Notes under the pieces: generated by a model
What the model was told of the DNA's origin: nothing
Database searches by the model: none
The model's input: only the letters and a program-made list of their open reading frames with translations
Origin: an uncultured archaeon
GTDB taxonomy: Archaea; Thermoplasmatota; Penumbrarchaeia; JASLWR01
DNA length: 38,064 nucleotides
Direction of reading: 5' to 3'
Assembly (NCBI GenBank): GCA_964430885.1
Contig: CAYSHM010000028.1
Location: 1 to 38,064, forward strand
Shown: positions 28,475 through 37,499 of the stretch, one piece after another
How the letters are laid out: each line of letters starts with the position of its first letter
How positions within the stretch are numbered: position 1 is the stretch's first letter
Program-made: the position numbers and the translations under genes

Positions 28475-30172
28475 ATGATGTTCTCTAGGAACAAGAAAAA
28501 AGAAGCTGATACCCCGCTGAAGAAATTATTGAAATTGGCAGCGGAGGCACAGAAGAATAAAGAATACCAGGATGCACTTATATTCTATGACAAGGCCCTT
28601 CATCTCGACCGTAACGATATGGATATATGGTTATCAAAGGGCCGTCTCTGCATGGAAATGGAGCAGCACACCAATGCGGTTAACTGTTTTGATCAGGTTT
28701 TGAACATCGATCCTGAATGTTTCGAAGGAGTGTTTCTGAAAGCCAAAGCCCTTGAGAAGAAGGACAGCAAGGATGAAGCCCTGAAACAGTACCAGAGGGC
28801 CATTCGAATAAATGCTACGGACCACAGGCCGTATCTTTTCCAAGGATATCTTTTGAGGAATCTGGCAAAATACAAGGAGGCTATTGAATCCCTTGATCAG
28901 GCCTTGAGGTACAAACCCGATCATTCTGGTGCCCTGTACCAGAAGGGTATGTGCCATGAAGAGTTGGGGCAATACAGAAAAGCACAATCCCTCTATAACG
29001 GTTCTTTGAAAAATGATCCCGGAAATTTTGATACACTGATGTCATTGGGCAGACTGAAAGCGCGACTATCAGACCACAAGGAAGCCGTGGAGAATTTCAA
29101 AAGAGCAAGGAACATCAAGGAAAAAAGATTGGCGCCTACTTACAATATAGCAGTATCATTGGCCCTTCTTGACCGAACCGGCGAAGCCCTGAAAGAGCTC
29201 GAAGAGGGTCTTTCTGTGAGGGAATCCGAGGACCAGAACAACGAGCTCATGGGCAGGTATTTTTTCCAGATGGCCTTGTGCTGTGATCGTCTAGGTCAAA
29301 AGCTTCAGGCCCTTCAGTATATCACCGAGGCCAGGGGTTATGATGGTAATAATTCCAATTATTCCAACTACCTTTCCATACTCGGAGGGGAATACCATTC
29401 TGATCTCGGTCATCCTTTTACTCTCTCGTTACTGGAAATGCTGAAATCCAATAGACCAAGGAAAGTACATTCCGGCCTCATGGGACTGGTGAAAAGAGGC
29501 GATACTAGGACTATCCCTTCAATAATCAGAACAGCCTATGACGGAGAAGTGTTAGCAAGAACCCTTATGCTCGTGGCCAAGGAAGGGATGGATGCCGAGG
29601 AATACACTACATTGGAGAAGAAAATGGAAGGGGTAATGAAAAATATCTCCGCATTGGACCTGAATCCATGGACATTGGAGGATAAATGCAGGATGGAACT
29701 TGATGCTGTGAGGGAAACTTATCCGGTGAAAGGAGGCATCAGCGAACTAAGCCAAAGACTATCTGCAGTTCTTGACGATATCAAGTATGCCATGGAAAAG
29801 GATAAGGGTAAACTCCATGAGAAAATGGAGGAGTTCATGAACATTTTACATCTAAATCCCAAGGCAAAACTGTTTCCCCTACTGATATATCTGGTAGCCT
29901 ATACCGGTTTGAGCCTTGCCCTCGTTTTGGAGACCAATCCTGATGTGAACCTTATCGATATCAGCAGAGACCCTGAACATCTCAAGCATACCGCCTTTTC
30001 CAGGTTCTCGGTTTCCACTAGTACTTTCTCCGATCTTATTAAGGAAGGATTTCAGGAACAGAGGTCAAGGATTATCGATCAGGCAGTGGAAAAGATAAGA
30101 AAGGATATGGTTCCATCCGTATCCGGGGAGAAAAAAGATGATACCTGGTTGACCTTCGGAGGGGATCCATGA
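28475..30172 (+). CDS. Tetratricopeptide-repeat protein with HEAT-like unit and unassigned helical C-terminal domain
   Basis: About 8 TPRs (e.g. AVNCFDQVLNIDP, AIESLDQALRYKP), then LKSNRPRKVHSGLMGLVKRGDTRTIPSII; no signal peptide. Confidence 0.9.
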   Translation: MMFSRNKKKEADTPLKKLLKLAAEAQKNKEYQDALIFYDKALHLDRNDMDIWLSKGRLCMEMEQHTNAVNCFDQVLNIDPECFEGVFLKAKALEKKDSKDEALKQYQRAIRINATDHRPYLFQGYLLRNLAKYKEAIESLDQALRYKPDHSGALYQKGMCHEELGQYRKAQSLYNGSLKNDPGNFDTLMSLGRLKARLSDHKEAVENFKRARNIKEKRLAPTYNIAVSLALLDRTGEALKELEEGLSVRESEDQNNELMGRYFFQMALCCDRLGQKLQALQYITEARGYDGNNSNYSNYLSILGGEYHSDLGHPFTLSLLEMLKSNRPRKVHSGLMGLVKRGDTRTIPSIIRTAYDGEVLARTLMLVAKEGMDAEEYTTLEKKMEGVMKNISALDLNPWTLEDKCRMELDAVRETYPVKGGISELSQRLSAVLDDIKYAMEKDKGKLHEKMEEFMNILHLNPKAKLFPLLIYLVAYTGLSLALVLETNPDVNLIDISRDPEHLKHTAFSRFSVSTSTFSDLIKEGFQEQRSRIIDQAVEKIRKDMVPSVSGEKKDDTWLTFGGDP

Positions 30173-32430
30173 TGATAATAGGAAAACTCCCTATCAAGAA
30201 AATCACCCTCTACCAGCATGGAGTGGCATATATTGAGAGAAGAGCGGTGTTCAACTCCAAAGACCCCCTCTCTTTGAGCTTTGAGGACAAGGAGATGAAC
30301 GATGTTCTGAAATCCCTCTGTGTTTTCGACATGGGTAGGGGCAAGGTTACCGGTGTATCATATGAAACCTCCGAGGATCTGGAGGCCCAGATAGCTAAAA
30401 AGGCCATCAAGGTCCCCAGAGGAAATGCTATCTTCGGTCTTTTGGAAGCCCTCAGAGGTTATAGGGTGAGCATAAGCCTAAGAGAAGCGGAAACAGGGGT
30501 TGGAAAAACGAATAATAAAGTAAGCGGCAGGTTTCTGGGAATGGAATCGGATATCGGCAGCAGATATGAGAGCGGTGAAGTTTCCTGCAAGTGCACTTCG
30601 GAGGATGATGCCTCATTCTGCTCCTGCGATAAAAAACAGATTTATCTGGTTATAGTTGATGAGCGGGACAAGTTCGTATCAGTTCCCCTAGCTTCCACGG
30701 ACTCCATAAGACTGGACGATCAATATGCCAACAGCGACCTCGAATATTTTCTGGACGCATCACAATCCCTGCGAAAGGGAAGCTACAAGAGAATGACCGT
30801 TTACCTTGAAGGCGACGAACACGACCTTTCCATCGGTTATCTCACCACAATGCCCGCATGGAGGGTCAGCTACCGGCTTCTTTATTCCTCTGAAGGCCCG
30901 CATCTCCAGGGCTGGGGTATAGTCGAGAATCAGCTCGATGAGGACCTAGATAAGGTGAAATTAACAATGATATCCGGGATGCCCATATCATTTATCTATG
31001 AGATATACAGCCCGTCCTCCATCGAAAGGCCCTATGTCCATGAGGACAGAGCCGGTATGAACATACCTGTCAAGTTCGAGGAGGACATGGACCTGGACTA
31101 TACTACCTATCTCCCTGAAAAAGAAGAACATATCAAACCGGAATATTATTCAGATGTGGGTTACCAGGAGGATCTCAAAAGTTTGGATTACGACGAAGAA
31201 GAGATAGAGGAGGAGGTAGCCCTGACAAAGGGCAGCGATCTGACCACCAGGGTGGATTCGGAAAAGGTGGATCTTGGAGAGCAGTTCAGGTATGATATTG
31301 AGAAGCTCATATCCATCAAGAGAGGTAACAGTGCTCTTGTTCCGCTGTTCGATTCCGCGATCGACTGCAGCAAGGAGCATCTTTTTAACGAGGACACCAC
31401 AGGAAGCACCCCCCTTGTCTGCATGCTTCTTAAGAACAATCTAGGCAACATTCTTGACAGGGGTCCCATAACTGTAATAGACAATGGAAAATATTCAGGT
31501 GAAGCCATACTTCCCTTCACTACCTACGATGCTGAGAACAGGATCGCATATGCAAAGGACCAGGCCCTCGAGTGCAGTGTGGAAATAAAGGACGATGATG
31601 AGATAAAGGGTTTCAAGAGAGAGAAACGAAATCTCAGAGTGGAGACCTGGCTGATCCAGAGCTATACCTATGAGGTGGAGAACTCCAAGAATGAGGATGT
31701 CACTGTTATTCTAGAGCATCCGCGCAGTGAGGAACATGATATTTTCGAAACCCAAGATATGCTTGAGGAAACCGAGAATTACCAACGCTGGAGATTCAAG
31801 GCTCAGGGGGATAAGAAAACAGTATTCCAGATCAAACAGAGAAAACTGGCTGTCACACTCAGGGATATAAAGACACTCCCTGAAAAATCCTTCAGCAAGT
31901 ATGTGGAGTCGAAACTAATGGATAAGGAGCTTCAGGATTTCTGCAGGGACATAATCAACAAATGGAAGGACATTACCGAGAATAACAATAAGATAACTAA
32001 GCTCAACAAGCATATGCAGGCCCTGGAACTTGATATCAACAGACTTCAGACCAACAGGGACAACCTGACACCGTCCAAGAGGCACAAGGAGCTCATGGAC
32101 CGGAATCTAAAGGAAAAACTTGACGGTTTGGAGCTGGTGGAATTGAACTCCCATGAAAGCAGAAATCCCCTTGAACATAAGCTTTATTCCCTTTATACCA
32201 GGGCGATCTCAGAACATCGGAAACGGGTGACCAGGAGAAAGGAAGGTGTGCAGTATTTAACCAATATGAACGACCATCACTCGGATATGATAGAGTACAG
32301 ATTTGGAAATAAGGATAAGAAATACGTGAGAGAAGCTCCTCGTGAGAACATCACAGAGGACATAGAAAAAATGCTGGGGGAAGATCTGGTCAAGTATCTT
32401 ATCAATCCCATACAGCAAGGAGGTGTCTGA
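30169..32430 (+). CDS. DUF4139-like protein, paralog 1
   Basis: LPIKKITLYQHGVAYIER, MNDVLKSL, PAWRVSYRL, LQGWGIVEN, SGMPISF, IKRGNSALVP, LDRGPITV and VILEHP; C-terminal coiled coil; ATGA overlap with the TPR gene. Confidence 0.8.
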   Translation: MMIIGKLPIKKITLYQHGVAYIERRAVFNSKDPLSLSFEDKEMNDVLKSLCVFDMGRGKVTGVSYETSEDLEAQIAKKAIKVPRGNAIFGLLEALRGYRVSISLREAETGVGKTNNKVSGRFLGMESDIGSRYESGEVSCKCTSEDDASFCSCDKKQIYLVIVDERDKFVSVPLASTDSIRLDDQYANSDLEYFLDASQSLRKGSYKRMTVYLEGDEHDLSIGYLTTMPAWRVSYRLLYSSEGPHLQGWGIVENQLDEDLDKVKLTMISGMPISFIYEIYSPSSIERPYVHEDRAGMNIPVKFEEDMDLDYTTYLPEKEEHIKPEYYSDVGYQEDLKSLDYDEEEIEEEVALTKGSDLTTRVDSEKVDLGEQFRYDIEKLISIKRGNSALVPLFDSAIDCSKEHLFNEDTTGSTPLVCMLLKNNLGNILDRGPITVIDNGKYSGEAILPFTTYDAENRIAYAKDQALECSVEIKDDDEIKGFKREKRNLRVETWLIQSYTYEVENSKNEDVTVILEHPRSEEHDIFETQDMLEETENYQRWRFKAQGDKKTVFQIKQRKLAVTLRDIKTLPEKSFSKYVESKLMDKELQDFCRDIINKWKDITENNNKITKLNKHMQALELDINRLQTNRDNLTPSKRHKELMDRNLKEKLDGLELVELNSHESRNPLEHKLYSLYTRAISEHRKRVTRRKEGVQYLTNMNDHHSDMIEYRFGNKDKKYVREAPRENITEDIEKMLGEDLVKYLINPIQQGGV

Positions 32431-32431
32431 A

Positions 32432-34837
32432 ATGGTCAATGTAAACAAGATAGCTCTTTACAATCATGGTATGGCCTACATCACCAGAAAGACTGAGATC
32501 AAAGATCTGGATACTATCGCACTTCAGTTCAAACAAAGGGAGATGAACGATATCCTGAAGAGCCTGATAGTGGTGGACAGTGGTCAGGGGGATATAGCGG
32601 GTCTCTCCTATGAGACATCCGAAGATATCGATAAAAGAATAAAAAACCGGGCCCTGGCGGTATCAAACGAAGGCAGTATAAGGGACCTGCTCCAGAACAT
32701 AACGGGATCTGTCGTGGAACTAGGATTGGGAAAGGAAAGGTGCAAAGACATAACGGACGGCTCCGAAATAATTGTGGGTAGGGTTGTCGGTCTTCAGGAC
32801 CCAATTGACCTTGGAGGCTCCACTGGTGAGAATATAATGACCCAGGTCCTGATTCTTCTGGAGAACGGGGATATACGGCTGGTTCCCATAACCAGGATAC
32901 AGGAACTTCGGCTCGAGGATATATCTGCATATTCAGACGTGAGATTCTATTTAGATGCCATCATTTCCAAGGGCAAGAAGAACATGAAAGGAGTAACTCT
33001 TTTCCTGGATGGAGAGGACCACGATCTGGACATTTCCTACATTTCCCAGATGGCGCCCTGGAGAATGACCTACCGACTCTTTCACAGGGAAAAGGGCACC
33101 ACACTGCAGTGCTGGGGTATAGTAGACAACACCCTGGATGAGGATCTCAAGGATATCGATCTAACTCTTGTCTCGGGAAAACCCATCTCTTTCATATACG
33201 ACCTATACCTGGCCCAGATGGTAAAAAGACAGCTTATAAAAGAGGAACATCAGATAACAACCGCCCCTGTGGAGCTGGAAGGTGAGAAAAGGGAACTGGA
33301 AAGGGATAGGGCCCAGCTGGAAGAAATGCGGGATATGAAAAAGATGAAGGAAATGGTTCAGGCCGAAGCCCATGCCAAATTAGGAGCAGTATCAGGCGGG
33401 GCATTGGCTGAGCAGATGGCTGATTTGATGATGGAGAGGTCAATATGCGCTGATGCCGCCCCGCCAGCACCGGCTATGGAGATGGCTAAAGCAGCCCCCG
33501 CACCAGCGCGTTTAATGGCCAGAAAGAGAAAGATGGCCAACAAAATGGAAATGGAATTTGCAGAATGCGAGGAGGAGGTTTGCTATGATGAGGACGAAAG
33601 TTTCGGGGAAGGTTACGGAACCATTGACGATCTGATAGGAGATTTCGAGGACGGTCTTGATGAGGAAATTATTCAGGAGAGGGAAGCTACCGAGGTCGAT
33701 GATTACGGTGAGGCTGCGGAATCCACTGTGGTTGAGACTGAAGGGATCAAACTGCCGGAGTTCTTCCTATACAATATCAGTTCTCCTGTGACCATCAAGC
33801 GGGGTCAGAGCGCCATGGTCCCCATAGTTCAAAAGGAGATATCATGCACAAGAGAGATGGTCTACAACAGATTGAAGACTGGAAAACATCCTCTTATCGT
33901 CATGAGAATGGATAATGATCTAGATGTGAAACTGGAAAGGGGGCCTATAACGGTTTTTCAGGGTAATGATTATGCAGGTGAAGGAATACTCCCCGAACTC
34001 GATCCCACTGAGGAGGTAAGGGTTGCTTTTGCCATAGCTACAGGCGTCAGGGTTAGGGAGGACAACCATTCAGAATCCAGTTTCAGGGAGATCGAACTGA
34101 AAGGCAACATACTAGTTTATAATACAAATCATGATGAGAAGTTCAACTATATAATTGAGAATGATACCCTGGATGAGATAGGCGTGATTATAGAGCATCC
34201 CCGATCGGAAACACATAAATTACTGGATATGGAGGATCCCTTCGAGGTAGGCGAGAACTTCTACAGGTGGAAGATAACAGTGAAACCCAAGAAGGAGGTA
34301 AGGTTCGAGGTAGTTCAGAGAAATATCATCAAGGATAAGAACCCAATATTGAACAATAACATATGGACCTACAAGAAGTACCTGGAGGAGGGGAAGATAA
34401 ACAAGGAGCAGTTCACCAAGCTGGAGGAGATCCTGGACATGTCCAACCAAGTAAACCGATACCAGAACAATCTCAACCATCTTAGAGGACAGGAGAGCCA
34501 GATGATCAATTATCTTCATTATATCAATACCCTGAGCTCAGTACTAGGTCTGGAACCCGAGGAACTGAACCTAAAGAACCTCCTGTGTACAAAGTATTTC
34601 AAAAGGGAATACCGACTCGCAAGGCTAAGGGTAGTAATACTTCAGATGAAGAAGGACACTTCATACCTTAGAAAAGCGCTTAACCATCTGTATTGGCCTG
34701 AAAAATACCCTGATTTCAAATTTGAAAAACCCGAGGATATACCCGATCTGAAAAGACTCATGGCCGAACAGAACCTGCAGTACTGGTACAATCAGAACTC
34801 ACAGGCTGTGGGATACTCAATCAGGAGACAGGAATAA
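32432..34837 (+). CDS. DUF4139-like protein, paralog 2
   Basis: KIALYNHGMAYITR, MNDILKSL, PWRMTYRL, LQCWGIVDN, SGKPISF, IKRGQSAMVP, LERGPITV and VIIEHP. GGAGGTG at 32419-32425 favours ATG 32432 over GTG 32423. Confidence 0.8.
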   Translation: MVNVNKIALYNHGMAYITRKTEIKDLDTIALQFKQREMNDILKSLIVVDSGQGDIAGLSYETSEDIDKRIKNRALAVSNEGSIRDLLQNITGSVVELGLGKERCKDITDGSEIIVGRVVGLQDPIDLGGSTGENIMTQVLILLENGDIRLVPITRIQELRLEDISAYSDVRFYLDAIISKGKKNMKGVTLFLDGEDHDLDISYISQMAPWRMTYRLFHREKGTTLQCWGIVDNTLDEDLKDIDLTLVSGKPISFIYDLYLAQMVKRQLIKEEHQITTAPVELEGEKRELERDRAQLEEMRDMKKMKEMVQAEAHAKLGAVSGGALAEQMADLMMERSICADAAPPAPAMEMAKAAPAPARLMARKRKMANKMEMEFAECEEEVCYDEDESFGEGYGTIDDLIGDFEDGLDEEIIQEREATEVDDYGEAAESTVVETEGIKLPEFFLYNISSPVTIKRGQSAMVPIVQKEISCTREMVYNRLKTGKHPLIVMRMDNDLDVKLERGPITVFQGNDYAGEGILPELDPTEEVRVAFAIATGVRVREDNHSESSFREIELKGNILVYNTNHDEKFNYIIENDTLDEIGVIIEHPRSETHKLLDMEDPFEVGENFYRWKITVKPKKEVRFEVVQRNIIKDKNPILNNNIWTYKKYLEEGKINKEQFTKLEEILDMSNQVNRYQNNLNHLRGQESQMINYLHYINTLSSVLGLEPEELNLKNLLCTKYFKREYRLARLRVVILQMKKDTSYLRKALNHLYWPEKYPDFKFEKPEDIPDLKRLMAEQNLQYWYNQNSQAVGYSIRRQE

Positions 34838-34881
34838 TCAAAGATAAGAGCTGAATATATAGCTGAACAACAGGTGATATC

Positions 34882-36294
34882 GTGGCATATAAATTCTGTC
34901 CATTCTGCGGAATAACGGTTGGAACTGCCAAAATTGACCGCAAGGAGAAGAAGAAAAATTCGGAAAGAATGATCCGACACTGCCCGGGATGCGGTGAGGA
35001 CCTTTTAGAACTGCATCTGTCTCCGGGTTATTCGGGAAAGGAAGCTGTAAAGGCGGACCTATTTTCGGATAACATTATCCAGAGGAGCAGGGTGGTGGGA
35101 ATATCCATGACCCCTTCAGAAGACCCGGAAGATAGAGATACCGGAAGAAATGTGAAACCAGATCAAGCTGCCGGGGGAATAAGCGATTCCATAATCCAGC
35201 GTTCCGTTGTAACATCTATAGGTTCCATCAACATCAGCAAGGATGCAATGTGCCCTCTCTGTGGAAATGCACTGTCTGATCGCAATATTCTGAAGGACTG
35301 TCCAAGATGCAGTATCAATGTCTGCGGGCTCTGCAGGTCCCGCTCCCATGATGAAAGGCAGAAACGCTACAGAGGTTATAGGCTTGATCATACCGAAGGC
35401 CTTTGTCCTCAATGCAATAGAATCGAAACAACCGAACTAAAAAAGGATATAGAGGATAAAATAACCAAGGGCAGCAGTTATCTGAAAAAAATGGAAGAGA
35501 TGATAGCCGACTACACCCAAGAGGAAAAAGAGCTGCTATCCAGTGGAAACGGGCTGGTATCAAAAGGAGATCTTCAATCAGCCCTAGAGGTGTTCGGCAC
35601 CCTGCTTGATATAAATGAGAACAATATCGGTGGTTTGGAGGGGAAGTGGAGCATCCTAATGGAATTGGGGTACTTTAGAAAAGCTGTCGAAGTTATCGAA
35701 GAAAGCCTGAAATCATATCCCTGGATAACCGGAGCTCATGTAAGTTTGGGTGAGGCATTTTTCCGGTTGGGGGAGGAAGACAAGGCCAAGGCTGTTCTGA
35801 TAAAGGCTTTGGATGTTGAAGGGGTGGAAAAAGAGGTAATACTCATAAAGATTGGGGAACTGTATCTATTGATGAACCAGCCAGGCAGAGCCGCATCTGT
35901 TCTTGAAAGATCCTTAACTCTCACCCGGGATGTTGATAATAAGCGTTTTGTGGAACCCTATATATATCTGGCCTCAATCTATTTGGGGAACGGTGATTAC
36001 CTAAAGGCCAGAGAATATATTACCGAAGGGAGAAAGATAGATCGGGACAATCCTGACCTGTTGAAAGTTTTGGAGGACCTTTCCGATCTTTGGAGGGCCT
36101 GCTTAGAGAGCGTCAGGCATTCAAGAGATAATTTGAAACAGGAAACTGACGAAAAATCCCGGATACGGAACCTCAGGATAATCATATCTGGACTTCTATC
36201 AATGGGTAAAAAGGCAAAAGCCCAAAGATATGCAAAGGAACTTGCAGATATCTCGCCTGGTGATAATCTTCTGAACAATCCAAAGCTCATTTGA
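34882..36294 (+). CDS. Multi-zinc-finger plus TPR protein
   Basis: CPFC/CPGC; two SDxIIQRS motifs; CPLC/CPRC/CGLC/CPQC; about 5-6 TPRs. GTG start with AGGTGA at 34872-34877. Confidence 0.88.
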   Translation: MAYKFCPFCGITVGTAKIDRKEKKKNSERMIRHCPGCGEDLLELHLSPGYSGKEAVKADLFSDNIIQRSRVVGISMTPSEDPEDRDTGRNVKPDQAAGGISDSIIQRSVVTSIGSINISKDAMCPLCGNALSDRNILKDCPRCSINVCGLCRSRSHDERQKRYRGYRLDHTEGLCPQCNRIETTELKKDIEDKITKGSSYLKKMEEMIADYTQEEKELLSSGNGLVSKGDLQSALEVFGTLLDINENNIGGLEGKWSILMELGYFRKAVEVIEESLKSYPWITGAHVSLGEAFFRLGEEDKAKAVLIKALDVEGVEKEVILIKIGELYLLMNQPGRAASVLERSLTLTRDVDNKRFVEPYIYLASIYLGNGDYLKAREYITEGRKIDRDNPDLLKVLEDLSDLWRACLESVRHSRDNLKQETDEKSRIRNLRIIISGLLSMGKKAKAQRYAKELADISPGDNLLNNPKLI

Positions 36295-36678
36295 TATAGG
36301 TCAACAGATGAACTTGTATTTACCATAGTCGCAGATGGTCCTTTAACCCATATTCCTGTAAATTTTCTTTCAACTAGGCAATTGCTTCTTAACGATGAAT
36401 AAGAAGTCCCTGTGATATTCCGACATAGGCATTTGCCCAATAAGTATATTATTAATGAAATAATAAAGACATATTTCGATAATAGTTATTTTCACCATCT
36501 AATATGTACATATATGCAATAATTAATAATGACTAAGTTAATATATATTAATATATAGTATTGACATAATTTCATTTTTAAAATAATATTGAAGAGCAAA
36601 AATATATATATTTTTAATGTGTTCTATAAGGTGTCCTTTCAGTTAACAGGGTAGATACCCATAAGGGGATGTTTCGAT

Positions 36679-37443
36679 ATGGTCTATGGCAAAAACGAGG
36701 AAAATAGGTATGACAATCATGGTAAACCCAAAAGAATAGTAATATATGCAAGGGTCTCCACCAAGGAACAGGAGAAACAGGAGACCATAAACACGCAGAT
36801 CGACCTTCTGACGCCTATAATCAAAACCGAGGGCCACATACACGTGGCCACCATCAAGGATGAGGACATATCCGGGGACAGCGACCCGGAGAGACGGCCG
36901 GGATTCTCCAGGGTGCTGGAGATGGCGTACAACGCAGATATGGATGAGATCTGGGTATCCAGCAGGGACAGGCTGGCGCGTAATGTGGACCTTATGGGGT
37001 ATATACGGACGGTCCTGAAAAGGCTAGAGGTAGAGGTAATATCCTTGGACGACTCGAAGGAGAAATACCTGGATAAGTTCAAGGACGTATTGTCTGAGAT
37101 GGAACTGGATAAATACCGCCAGAAGAGAATGGATGGTATTGACAGAGCCATAAGAGAAGGAAGAATACTCCAGAGGCCACCATACGGCTACAAGACCGAG
37201 GATAGAAAACTCGTGATAGATGAGGATAAAGCAGGAATAATCAAGGCTCTTTTCGAAGATTTCCAGAAACCTATGATGTCCCTGAAAAAGCTGTCCGATA
37301 AATACGGCCTCACCAGATCTATGATACAGAGGATCAGGTCTAACCCCATATACACTACAGGTGAGGTGAGGTGGCAGGGGAAGGTCATTTATCATGTAGA
37401 TCCCATAGTAAAGGTCCAGTATGAAACTCCTGATGATGCCTGA
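36679..37443 (+). CDS. Serine recombinase (catalytic plus recombinase DNA-binding domain, no zinc ribbon)
   Basis: IYARVST (catalytic Ser), SG...RPGF, SRDRLARN, PPYGY, NPIYTTG and ending DPIV; RBS AAGGGGA. Confidence 0.92.
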   Translation: MVYGKNEENRYDNHGKPKRIVIYARVSTKEQEKQETINTQIDLLTPIIKTEGHIHVATIKDEDISGDSDPERRPGFSRVLEMAYNADMDEIWVSSRDRLARNVDLMGYIRTVLKRLEVEVISLDDSKEKYLDKFKDVLSEMELDKYRQKRMDGIDRAIREGRILQRPPYGYKTEDRKLVIDEDKAGIIKALFEDFQKPMMSLKKLSDKYGLTRSMIQRIRSNPIYTTGEVRWQGKVIYHVDPIVKVQYETPDDA

Positions 37444-37499
37444 TATGACCTGTCTTCATAAAAACCCCTTTTCAGGCCGTTACCCCTAGACTAAACAGG

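Noticed and set aside
490-37395. Many 60-180 aa antisense or alternative-frame ORFs in the track (e.g. 4015-4494, 21120-21662, 24689-25162, 35997-36440)
   Set aside because: They lie wholly or largely within well-supported genes, lack recognisable motifs and read like antisense shadows.
36679-37443. IS607 transposase or complete phage integrase
   Set aside because: No N-terminal HTH, no tnpB, no zinc ribbon, and no adjacent tRNA or convincing terminal repeats.
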